From: Antedon mediterranea
Lineage: Eukaryota; Animalia; Echinodermata
Direction of reading: 5' to 3'
NCBI RefSeq assembly: GCF_964355755.1
Contig: NC_092674.1
Span: forward strand, 62,001 to 126,000
DNA length: 64,000 nucleotides
Under the pieces are notes generated by a model, which saw only the letters and a program-made list of their open reading frames with translations, searched no databases and had not been told where the DNA came from. The stretch's first letter is position 1, and every line of letters begins with the position of its first letter. Below are positions 26,856-39,141 of the stretch, one piece after another. The position numbers and the translations under genes were made by a program.

Positions 26856-28261
26856 TTTGAACAAATAAATACCATGTGAAAATAAGAAATCATCTTCTGA
26901 AATTAAAAGCTTTAATCTCACAAGTTGTTTGCTGCATCTGAAGTCTCTTACTTCTATACAACACACTCAATATACACACAGTAAGTTTGGTCTATTAGTC
27001 TAACCTCACACAACATTAAAAAGCGAAATTGAGCTGTGGAAATACAGCTAGTTGAATTAATATAAAATATTCATCAATATTGCAATTGTTTATTATCAAC
27101 AGAAACAACAAACAGTATTATGATAAACGTAGTTCATGAATTTCAAATTCTTCTCAATAGATGATCAAGGGCTGGTATTAATTCACTAGTAGCTAGGAAG
27201 GTCAAAAAAGTATTTGCAAACAGTTAATTGACACAGTTTTGAACAGAACACATACTTTTTTGATTACAAACAACACTATAGCAAAATATCTCAATACGAC
27301 AGTAGAAGAATCCTAATATTATTAAGGGGACACATTAAGGGACCCGAAAAATTGTACCCTTGAAAGAGTTGGGTACAAATCCGAAATTGTCCTCATAATA
27401 ATAGTGTTTTTGCAGGAAAAAACAAAAAAACATACCATGGATGTAATTATCAGGACTATCAAGAAATTAAGAGCTTGGTGGAGGGGGGCTGTTGGTGGTG
27501 GTTAGGTTGGTTGGCCGTAAGTTACAACATAATTATTACCTCTTGTTTCGCAAGAAATTGTGCTCTTAATTAATAGGGGTGGTAGGTGTAGAAAAGGGGG
27601 GTTCCACTACTGTCAATGTGTTTATAATAAAATAAAACAAATAAAAAAAAAACCAATAAAATAAAGGTGAAACAAAAGATAATAATTTTATTTAAACGAA
27701 ACCACCCCGGTGGCCTTACGTCACTGATGACGATGTCACTTCAATGAATGCTAATTTAGTAATAATGAACTCTTTACTGGCTATCATACAATATTGAAAT
27801 TCAAGGATTAATACAGGCCTACACAGACAGGTGGAACAATCAGCCGCGGCCGCTAGGCTTCTCAAAACAGTCCATTTTATCAGGGTGGCCACCGATGAAA
27901 ACAAAATTACTACTACTACTACTAGGAGTAGTAGGTGGCAGCACAAAATTATGCCAGATTATGATATATATAAAAGTAGAACTTTTACTGTAGGTCCCCG
28001 GAACGTGCACCTTATTGAAATATGAAATTAAATATTAAGTCTCCAGCTAGCCCACCATGGTTGGGACAGGGCTAAGAATGAAAATAGAGCTTAATAGTCC
28101 CCGGAAATGCACTGCAATGAAATATAAGTCTTCGTCAGGACCAACTGAGTGCGAGCCAGTGAGGCATGCAATGCAAAATTTTAAACAGCGCGAGCATACA
28201 ATACAAAAGCCTATTACCAATTGTAATATTTGTATAATTAATAAAACAATTACAATAATCA

Positions 28262-30294
28262 AGTTTTTATTTCGACTTCCTTTTGACTCCAAACTTGTTA
28301 CTTATTGTGAATACCACACCTTAACCGATTCACCACGATAAGCGCTTAAAGCGCTCAAAAGGTTAAAAGTCAAGGTCATTGTAAACAAATTTTCAACAAA
28401 AAAAAAGTAAATCGAATTTACATGCGCAGTTTGCTGTGCATGAATCGTAACAACAAATTATACAAAATACTCACAACTTTTTTTTAAAAAATATGCTTCT
28501 AAATATATAAAAACAATTGTTGAAGTTAGTTTGAAAATAAAATTCGAAAATATAACCGTTTTTCGAAGCACGCTGTTCGAAACGCGACAGGCGCGTTGAA
28601 TGAATCTAGGCCTAGACATACAACGTAAAATCGTCTAAAATCCATCTTTATTTCTAATAATCACTATTTTGAAGCTTGTATACAATAAATGTATAATAAA
28701 TAAAGATTATGTATCAGTTACAGTGTCTAAATCGTCATATTTCCATGTAAAAATGTGATTTTTCTACCGGAGAAAAGTCGTGAAGATGTCCTCACAAGGG
28801 CCGCGCCATATTGTTTACCTTTGATTGTAATATGAACCCTGACATGTCAGATGCATTATGGGCATGAAATATTTGTTCAAACTCTGCGCAAAGGTCAGTT
28901 TATTGAAGCATAACTTTTGACAAACATTTTGATACCAAACTTGTTTTAATTTCATAAGTTTTCGACGCATTTTCGTCAAATTTTCTGCAAGCTACACGTC
29001 TAAAACAGCGGACTAAGCTCCCGAGGGATGCCGGTGCGCGTGGGAATCGCGAATTCCAAGTCGCTTTCGGGATGTTTTTTTTAACATTCCCGGTGAACAA
29101 ACAGCGGCGAGGACGCTCTCGGGGCGGCTCCCGATAGGCCTAGGCCCCATATGGTCATCGTCGGATGAGTCAGTCTACTAATTTCTTCATAATTTCGAAA
29201 CCGGTCATTCATAATGGTCAAGTTTGGTCTTATTTTGAAGAGAAGAAATAGGTTCTGATGAAGAGATGAGTTTTATTATGAAATATTTATTAATTTTTGT
29301 GCATTTGGTAGTCAAAGATAAATTACAAATTTTTAATAATTTTCCTAAAATATTTCTAAAATTTGCATAATCCATACTCCGCCAAAATAAGTTGTAACAC
29401 AAATTTGATAACATATTTGGAAATAAAATGTCCTTTGCATTATTTTTGTTTTTTAATTTTTTTAATGTCTGTGTTTAGAAAAAAAGTTAGGGTTAATTAT
29501 ATGACATATGCTTTTTGGGTCCCAGGGGAGCAAAATAAACTTAGGGGTCAATGGGTTAAAATTGGGCCTCATAAGTACTTTTATGAAGAAGAATCGCATA
29601 AATAATCCTTTAAATTGATGATTTTACAGACATGTTTGTTTCTCGCATACCGTTTGCGAATTTAGCATACTCGAAGTTCAATATTTTCGTTTATGGAGCG
29701 CCAAAAGAGCAACAACAATAGATGGTTAAAAACTCAGGGGATATGCGTCTGCATCGAAATACACGTTTAATTTTAATATATAATAAAAATGCTGTAACAT
29801 TTTACTGTTAATAATGTGCTGTTTTCAAATAGCAACCAACCCTAAATCAGCATCACTACCTAGCCTAGGCCTAAGACTAAGAGGAATATTATTTAGATCA
29901 TTATAAGGTATAACCAATTATTACATGTAATATGATGAATTTGTCGATTTTCATTCCTAAAAGTTAAAGAAAACTACGAAAACCATGTACAGTATCAACA
30001 GTAACAGTTTTGTTGCATTGACATTGACAAAATATGTTAAAATTGAACGTAATTTTGACCAATAAATGCATTACATATACTGAGTTTTTATCCCTCTATT
30101 ATGATTGCTCTTTTGGCGCTCCATAGAAACAACAACATTGAACATGGAGTATGCGAAATTCACGAACCGATGAGCGAGAAACACGTCTGTAAAGTCATCA
30201 ATTTAAAGGATTTATTTGTAATTTCTGTGTGATCTCCTGATCTGATAAAGTTTTGAGTCGAAATAAACGACAGGTGCGAAACGGAAATAGCGCC
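28262..30294 (-). mobile_element. MITE family B (Merlin-like), inverted copy interrupted by a TTAA insertion
   Basis: Homologous in reverse to 43376-44279; ends CAGGTGCGAAACGGAAATAGCGCC. Confidence 0.8.
28325..29555. mobile_element. TTAA-target (piggyBac-like) non-autonomous insertion
   Basis: The intact family B copy reads CACACC-TTAA-AATTGGGCC. Here TTAA is duplicated (28321-28324, 29556-29559) around 1.23 kb with CC...GGG ends. Confidence 0.7.
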
Positions 30295-33200
30295 CAAAAG
30301 TTTCTACTCGACTTGACTTCAGACTATATTACTGTATGCCTAAAAGGCCTAACTACAATTCCGAAGTTGGTCTAGACATCGGCATTCTTTACAATGTTCT
30401 ATATTTGATAGCATCAGTCCCAATTAACCCCTTTAAGTGTTTATAAAAGTAAAGTCAGACATAGACTAGGACTTGTTAAAAAATGTTCATGTTTAATGTT
30501 CACTGCTGAGTTATAATCAATTGTGAGTTTTTAATAAATAAGGAAAAGGCAAAAAAAATGTGGTCAGATCCCAGTGGGCACAGAACATAATTTCAACGTT
30601 GAATCAACGTTGAAATATAGTTTATTTGTTGAAATCATGTTGTCAGCGTTTTTCAAATGTTGAATCAACGTTGAAATAACATTTTTTCCCTAACTATTTT
30701 TTTTACGTTTAGTAATAAACATTGAATCAACGTTGAAATAACATTTTCTTTTTAACTAGTAATTTATGTTAATTAATAAATGTTGGTTTAACGTTGAAAT
30801 AACATTGTCTTTCTAACAAATGTTTTACGTTAATTTATCAATGTTGATCCAACGTTGAAATAACATTGTTTTTAAAACAAATGTTTTACGTTAATTTATA
30901 AATGTTGATTCAACGTTGAAATAACATTGTATTTTTAACTAGAAATTTACGTTAATTTATCAATGTTGATCCAACGTTAAAATAACATTGTCCTTCTAAC
31001 TAGTAATTTACGTTAATTTATCAATGTTGATTTAACGTTGAAATAACATTGTCTTTCTAACTAGTAATTTACGTTAATTTGTCAATGTTGATCCAACGTT
31101 GAAATAACATTGTATTTTTAACTAGAAATTTACGTTAATTTATCAATGTTGATCCAACGTTAAAATCACATTGTATTTTTAACTCGAAATTTACGTTAAT
31201 TTATCAATGTTGATCCAAAGTTGAAATAACATTGTATTTTTAACTAGTAATTTACGTTAATTTATCAATGTTGATCCAACGTTGAAATAACATTGTATTT
31301 TTAACTAGTAATTTACGTTAATTTATCAATGTTGATCCAACGTTGAAATAACAATGTATTTTAAAGTAGAAATTTACGTTAATTTATTAATGTTGATCCA
31401 ACGTTGAAATAACATTGTATTTTTAACTAGAAATTTACGTTACTTTATGAATGTTAATCCAACGTTGAAATAACATTGTCTTTTTAACTAGTAATTTAAG
31501 TTAATTTATCATTGTTGATCCAACGTTGAAATAACATTGTCTTTCTAACTAGTAATTTACGTTAATTTATCAATGTTGATCCAACGTTAAAATCACATAG
31601 TATTTTTAACTAGAAATTTACGTTAATTTATCAATGTTGATCCAACGTTGAAATAACATTGTATTTTTAACTAGTAATTTACGTTAATTTATCAATGTTG
31701 ATCCAACGTTAAAATCACATAGTATTTTTAACTAGAAATTTACGTTAATTTATCAATGTTGATCCAACGTTGAAATAAAATTGTATTTTAACTAGTAATT
31801 TACGTTAATTTATCAATGTTGATCCAACCTTGAAATAACATTGTATTTTTAATTAATAATTTACGTTAATTTATCAATGTTGATCCAACGTTGAAATAAC
31901 ATTGTATTTTTAACTAGAAATTTACGTGAATTTATTAATGTTGATCCAACGTTGAAATAACATTGTATTTTTAACTAGAAATTTACGTTAATTTATTAAT
32001 GTTGATCCAACGTTGAAATAACATTGTCTTTCTAACTAGTAATTTACGTTAATTTATCAATGTTGATACAACGTTGAAATAACATTGTCTTTATATCTAG
32101 AAATTTACGTTAATTTATCAATGTTGATCCAACGTTGAAATAACATTGTATTTTTAACAAGAAATTTACATTAATTTATCAATGTTGATCCAACGTTGCA
32201 ATAACATTGTATTTTTAACTAGAAATTTACGTTAATTTATCAATGTTGATCCAACGTTGAAATAACATTGTCTTTCTAACTAGTAATTTACGTTAATTTA
32301 TCAATGTTGATCCAACGTTGAAATAACATTGTATTTCTAACTAGTAATTTTTTTCAAACAGTTATTATTTTTGTTTTTCAATGTTATTCCAACGTTATTT
32401 TAACGTTGAAATCCAGTTGTCATTTTCAAATGACATGTTTTCAACGTTGAAAAACTCTTGAAATTATGTTGTTTTTTCAAACAATTATTATTTTTTTTTT
32501 CAATGTTAATTAAACGTTAAATTAAAGATAAATTCTATTTAATACTTTGGTTAAAATGACATGTTTTTAACGTTTAATATTAAATAATTGTTTAAGTGCA
32601 TTGCCATTGATGTTTCAACGTTAAATTAACATTAGATTTCAGTTGGCGGTTTATTTTATCATCCTTTATTGTAAAACAAATGATTATTGGTTATTTAGGA
32701 ATTTTAGATTGGCAAATTGTCTCTGTATAATACAAAAATGTTCTAAGAAGTTGTTGAAAATTGAATGATCCTTTCATGCAAGATCAAATTTCATAAGATA
32801 CGTGCTTGTCATTGGTTAGTTTCGTTTTGATAAAATTTTGAAACTGGTGTCAGTAATTTCAGTTACTTCGACATAGGCTAGGCTAGGCCTACAGTAGTAG
32901 TGGTGTGTAGAAAAAAAAGGCTCATCATTGAAATTGTCAAATAAGTATGTTTTGAGGTAGGAAAACAATCTTTTTTATTTGTAATCTACTAATTTATAAG
33001 CTTTGAGCTTGACTATTTTACCCTTATCAAACAATAGCTAGCCTCTAGTCTAGGCCACACATGCATAGCTAGGCTATAGCCTGGTAGGCTAGGCCTAGGC
33101 CTATATAGGCTAGGCTAGTAGGCTAGGCAGGCTGCCAAACTGATGAACTGAATTCACTCACTAGGCCTAGTGGAAGCATTTAGTATTATGCATGTCAAGT

Positions 33201-33682
33201 GCAAACATTTGCCTTGCCAAGGATAACTACAGTTCTGTACTTATTATGGTTATAAAATGGTATGTATTAGGCCTAGGCTAGGCCTTTTAGTTCAATAATA
33301 CTTTCTTTATTTATCCAAAAGTATACATAAATATAACATTATAATATTTAATTAGTTGGCCTAGCCTAGCTAGCTTTCTGCTAGGCTGTCTACAGTAGCT
33401 GCTAATGCTATTATTAGTGTTAATAGTATACAAACACATGTTGCTTGCCTAGCCTAGGACGGCTATTTGTTAAACTTACTCGCTTTCTTTATTTCAGATT
33501 GTAGGCCTAGCTAAGGCCCTTAGGCCTATGCCTAGCTAGAGTACAAAATAATGAAGTACATGTAGGCCTATAATCTTTTCTATGTGAATCAAACGAGAAA
33601 AATCTAATGGATGATCAATATTTTTATATACAAAAGGTTGGTATTTATAGTTCTTAACTTTAATATTGAATTGAATAAATAT

Positions 33683-34672
33683 TACGCCGTGGTTAGGATT
33701 CCGGCACCGCAACTCAACTTCCCATCGTTAGGGAATCCGACACGCTATTGCGCATGCCCAGAGCGAAGTAATTATAGCTTGCACTAGTGCCACAGACCGC
33801 GCACCACATTACCCGAGAGTCGGAGTGTTAACTAGGGATGTACTGTGTAGCCAAAGATATCTTTGCTGTGGCCTAGTTAGTCGTCGCGCGGGGGAGAGAG
33901 CGATGGATGAAACTTGGCCTAGGCCATACATGAATTAATAATTATGCCACGCGTTAAAATAATTATTATGATATTGATAAGAATCAGCTTGCATATTTCA
34001 AGAAATTTACGAAAATGAATAGCGTAGCGTTGCGACACCGACTTCTCCCGAATAGGTCTGTTTTATTTTTTCACATCCGCACGGCGGCTGCTGTCAACAA
34101 ATCAACTTGTATACGATTGCATGATGTTATGTACAGTATAAATGCGTTATATGAAATCTTTTATTTTGTACTTGAAAAATCATAAAAATTAAAACTAGTC
34201 ATGCAATTATAATTCATAAATATATAAAGTTTATATATGAATGAAGCAAATTTAATTACGAAATAAATAGGCCCAATGGTCACATCTAGCTGGTAGGCCT
34301 ACTAGTATTAGTAGGCATGTAGGCCGGCTAGTTCGCCGTGGCGCAGCTATTAAAATGATCCATCGCTGTAAAGCTTGGTTCCCACTAGAACGTAACGCAA
34401 GGACGTAAACGCAACGCAAGCGTTTTAACCAATGACAAGCGAAGTTATAGACAGTTAGCAATCACAAGCGAATAAGCCATCGCTTGTGATTGGTCAATTT
34501 ACTTGCGTTGCGTTACGTCCTTGTGTTGCGTCGCTAGTGGGAACCACGCTTTGGTCTGTTGTAGACAAAAATAGAGTCGCCGAATACCTCGCTCTGGGCA
34601 TGCGAAATAGCGTGTCGGATTCCCTAACGCTGGGCAGTTGAGTTTCGTTGCCGGAATCCTAACCACGGCGTA
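33683..34672. mobile_element. Nested MITE with ~85-bp TIRs and 5-bp TSD
   Basis: TACGCCGTGGTTAGGATTCCGGCA... / ...TGCCGGAATCCTAACCACGGCGTA; AATAT on both sides. Confidence 0.85.
34370..34552. mobile_element. Small palindromic Harbinger-like MITE nested in the previous element
   Basis: AAAGCTTGGTTCCCACTAG... / ...CTAGTGGGAACCACGCTTT with ACGCA repeats. Confidence 0.75.
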
Positions 34673-37254
34673 AATATTAATACAGTGTTGCAATATTATT
34701 TACATAAATTGAATTGATTGCATAGTTTACGAGTAAGTGTGAAATGATGTTCTGAATTGAATTTTTGTTTATGTACAGTATGATTTTTGAACAATGTGTT
34801 AAAGATATAATTGAACTGAACAATTTTTTTTAAATGTTTTGTTGAATATGCCGTCACTATAGAGTTGTTCACTTTGACCAAAAATTAGATTTTAAAAAAT
34901 GCATTTGTACCTTAAAAGGGGGACAATTTAAACAAACAATTGGTTTTTGGTTAAATGTACTGTTTATTTTGTATTTTTGTTAAGTGAAATCTTTATTGTT
35001 TTTGTTTATTTTCTACGGCAAGTGAATATCTAAATTGTTAAAATTGCAAAATGGCAAGGTATTCAAAGTATGATTGTATTAATCTTCATTGTTCATGTTT
35101 TTTGGGGACAATAAATCTTTCAACAATTAATTTTTTACTGTATTATTTTTGTTTAAAACTACAGTAACGTGATTGAATTTGTTTCAGGTTTGGAAAAATA
35201 ATATTGCCACACTTTTGGAAAGCATAGGACAATGTCAACACAGGAATCGAGGCAACTGTTTATTGACTAATCGGAACAATGCAATTACAGTATTGTGTTA
35301 TTACCATCATTTGGACTTCTGCAACATTAGCACAAGGCACCTGTGACGTGTGTTGTATTTATTGTGTTTTACTGTAATCAGCCAATATTTATAGTTATTC
35401 AATCATGTTAGTTGGCAAACATATTACAAACTGGTTATTAGTATATTTTTTATACTTAACATTGGTACCTGAGAACTGTCAGTGAGGATGTACATTATTT
35501 GATTGTTGCTTGGATTTTGCCTGATGATTTGATAACACCTGATTAAATGTTATTTTATGTTTTTATAGAAATTAAAGATTAGTAAGATATACAGTATTTA
35601 TAAAATGTCTCTATTGATGGATTCTGCGATGTAACAGTAACTTTACTACTAACTACTTTAAAACCGTTGATTCAAATTGGATATAGTAATTCAACAAATC
35701 AAATTTCAACGTTAAATCTATGTTTAAATTTACGTTGATGCAAATTTTCATTTCAACTTAATTATTACGTTGTTTCAACGTTAATAATGTCAACATTGAA
35801 TCAACATTGATAATTTCAACGTAGACATTTTTACGTTGTTTCAACGTTGATAATCTATGTTGAATCAACGTTGACATTTTTGTTGAGGCAAACTTTCATT
35901 TTCAACGTTATTTCAACGTTACCTATTTTAACGTTGTTTCAACGTTGATAATTTCTATGTTGATTCAACGTTGACATTTACGTTGAGGCAAACTTTCATT
36001 TTCAACCATTTTTTCAACGTTATTTCAACGTTACCTATTTTAACGTTGTTTCAACGTTGATAATTTCTATGTTGATTCAACGTTGACATTTAAGTTGAGG
36101 CAAACTTTCATTTTCAACCATTTTTTCAACGTTATTTCAACGTTACTTATTTTAACGTTGTTTCAACGTTGATAGTTTCTATGTTGATTCAACGTTGACA
36201 TTTACGTTGAGGCAAACTTTCATTTTCAACCATTTTTTCAACGTTATTTCAACGTTACTTATTATAACGTTGTTTCAACGTTGATAATTTCTATGTTGAT
36301 TCAACGTTGACATTTACGTTGAGGCAAACTTTCATTTTCAACCACTTTTTCAACGTTATTTCAACGTTTGCAGATAACGTTGAATTAACGTTAATTCAAC
36401 CAATTTTTGCCCACTGGGATTGGACCGCAATTTAGCAAGGTATTATAAAATTGATATTTAGGTAAAGTATAACTTTTTTTGATTGCCTGAAAGAGATAAA
36501 AAGAGTTATAAAATAAAGAAGTATGTGGTAAATTATACGTACATTGCATGTTAAGGATTGAAAAACGTGTAAGAGTGTATACATAGAAAATATTTTGTTT
36601 TCTTCTTTTCCTTACTATTATATATAAAACGCAATGGTAGGAGTAAGATATCAGATGTACTGAAAGTTATTTAATGTCAGTTATATTGTATTGTATCATT
36701 ACATTACTCAATGCATTGTAAACGAACATTTTATTGATGAAGAAATAAAAGTGGGTCGATCCTACATAAGACAAAAAAAAACCTTCAAGAACGGAGACAA
36801 ACTTTACTACTATTTAAAACACATTTATTCTGGGGCGGTTCGGCCAACACAGCAGGCCAACCACCATAAATTTGTATTCATAACATTATTAGTACAATAC
36901 AATATCTTGCATGAAACGGATATTTCAAAATACAGTATAGTGGTACGGTAGAATAATAATCTTCTAATATAAACGATTAACAAAATCAAATTTAACAGTG
37001 CAATGTGTTGACCGCGATAATGACTAAAAATACCATTTTCCCCACTGCACATGCTCAAACTCATTTTCACAACAACGCAAGACATACCAAACTACGATGA
37101 GATATAAATTCTCTTCTAAACACGTAACAAGAGAATGAATTCCCTTTTTTACATTAAATTAAATTGAGGGCGCTAAACATAAAATTTTAAACATCAAAGA
37201 TACAGGTGGCTAAAGCCAAACAAAAAATGTCCTCTTCCTGCCTCAGCACCGTAA

Positions 37255-37907
37255 GGCCCTATCACAGGCTTTTATGGTCGTTTCCAGCACCTCACCAGAT
37301 GCATTGATGTTGTCGCCTCATGATGATGTGTGGTGGAAAGGGGGACTTATAATTCTGTGAACCCCGAACACAGTTGCTCGCATAGCTTTAACTCTATTTC
37401 ACCAGTGTGGGAATCGAACCCACGACTACATACGTGTTGTTAACACAACGACTGAGCTAACTAAACTAAAACTAAAACTAAACTGGTCATTTTGGTTTTA
37501 AAAAGGTTAATAGGATATTTATGACGTAATGGTGAATTGCGTAATAAACGTATAAATAGACTGTTGATCAGTCATGTACTACTTTGTGGCGTAATGCTCA
37601 TTTGAGTGCTCTCAACTCTAGATTGAGTTCGAACCTCAACGGAGATTTGATTTTTTTTGAATGGAAAATAATGAATATTGATTTTTCTTTTATTTTGAAA
37701 GAGAGATATTTTGAGGGTTGTAAATGTCAGGCCTAAACAAGTGGATCTTTTTAAAAATCAGAAACAAAGTTGTATGGCATTATTTTCCATTAAATAGGCC
37801 ATAAAACCACAAAAAGAAGCCCATGTGCTCCTTCATCATCAACGTTCACAACATCAATGCATCTGGTGATGATGCTGGAAACGACCTCAAAAGGCTGTGG
37901 CAGGGCC
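37255..37907. mobile_element. Harbinger-like MITE carrying a tRNA-SINE fragment
   Basis: ~70-bp imperfect TIRs GGCCCT... / ...AGGGCC flanked by TAA/TTA. Internal minus-strand A box TTAGCTCAGTCG and B box GGTTCGATTCC at about 37409-37460. Confidence 0.65.
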
Positions 37908-38799
37908 TTATATTTTGCCTTTTTCCTAAATTACATTACACTTTGATTATGATCTTGTAAAACTTACTGAACTTCAAAACATAGGGATCAGAGAGATTGA
38001 TCTTAAGTGAAAGCTTTTGAATATTTTAATGTGCGTATTCGTCAGCCGTTGTTTGACATTAAACGAGAATCGATAACGCTCCAAATTATCTTAAAACGTA
38101 TTCCAATCTTGAAAAATAAAGGGGTGGGCTTATTTATTCTTTCGTGACATGAAGATGCCGTATAGAAATCTTGGAACATACACCAGTCAATCGAAAATCA
38201 TATTAAAAAAACTTAGTTTTTATATCATCCCCTTAATATCGATAAAATTGGCCCGATTTTCTTTTCTTTCACAAAGACCGTATTAAGAGCTATATGTTAT
38301 GCTGTTTAGACATTATACGTTTACTGCAAATATGATTGGTTTGGCTGTTACTACTAATTCATATAAGAACTTTAATTGATTGTCGGGTGATTTGATTGTC
38401 TCAGAGGTGGTAGTTGTCAGACCCCTATGAGCACATTATGCATAATTAGGCTACTCAACGTATTTACAAAACTTTTTATATACAGTACTATAATAAACAA
38501 TAAAACTATACTATTAGCTAGAATAATATAAGCGCCCCGTGCGTGCTTCTGGCCATGTTAATTGCAATTCATTTAATCCAGCACGCACAAAGTGTCAACT
38601 GAATCAAGGTTCAAGAAATTGTATTGCTCCATAATTAAGAAAATAATAAAACTACAAAGAAAAATACATCAAATATAGCAATCATATCGCATGCCTCGCT
38701 GGCTTGCAGTCTGTCAATACCCGATCTGCTTGTCTGGACGTGACACGACGGTTGCACAAAAAACGCTGAACGAGATCGAATGAATGGGAATTCTTAATG

Positions 38800-38910
38800 T
38801 GACGTCACTGTCAAACAGACTTGTTTAGACCTCTCTTTGAGCTATTTGTGGCGCTGACTTTGTCTTTAGTTTCGCTATATATACAGCGGGAGCTTCATGA
38901 AGCTTCAATT
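38800..38910 (+). promoter_or_regulatory. Putative Pol II promoter of the ligase gene (CRE + TATA-like box)
   Basis: Perfect TGACGTCA at 38800-38807, TATATATA at 38876-38883, and a pyrimidine-rich Inr-like TCAATTT about 30 bp downstream, in a locally CpG-richer segment. Confidence 0.45.
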
Positions 38911-39141
38911 TTCTTTTGTAGTTTGTTTTCTAGTTTTCATCATAATATTAATATACAAGGTGTTTTATCATACCAGGTGGATACTGAAGTCTGATTTCAC
39001 GTACTACCATACATATAGGTAGGCTCTGGACTGTTCTCTGTAGAGGCCTACTAACACACACAAGTACAGCAGTACTAACTACGTTGATTACTTACTACCC
39101 GTACTAAGTTATCGATTCACTGGCCTAAAATCGTCTAAAAT

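Larger units (their letters stand above)
30570..36418. mobile_element. 5.85-kb non-autonomous CCCAG-ended (EnSpm/CACTA-type) transposon with satellite-like subterminal arrays
   Basis: TIR CCCAGTGGGCA / TGCCCACTGGG and 2-bp AT TSD. Left arm has ~28 x 61-bp units, right arm has 112-bp units, both built from TCAACGTTGA palindromes. No transposase ORF seen. Confidence 0.85.

Noticed and set aside
28560-29200. GC-rich segment as the MCF2L-like promoter or a coding exon
   Set aside because: It lies within the TTAA-flanked insertion, so it is more likely transposon-internal. No supported exon was found.
35188-35346. Exon-like 52-codon open segment inside the EnSpm-type element
   Set aside because: It has no transposase motifs and no compatible partner exons; it is too short to support a call.
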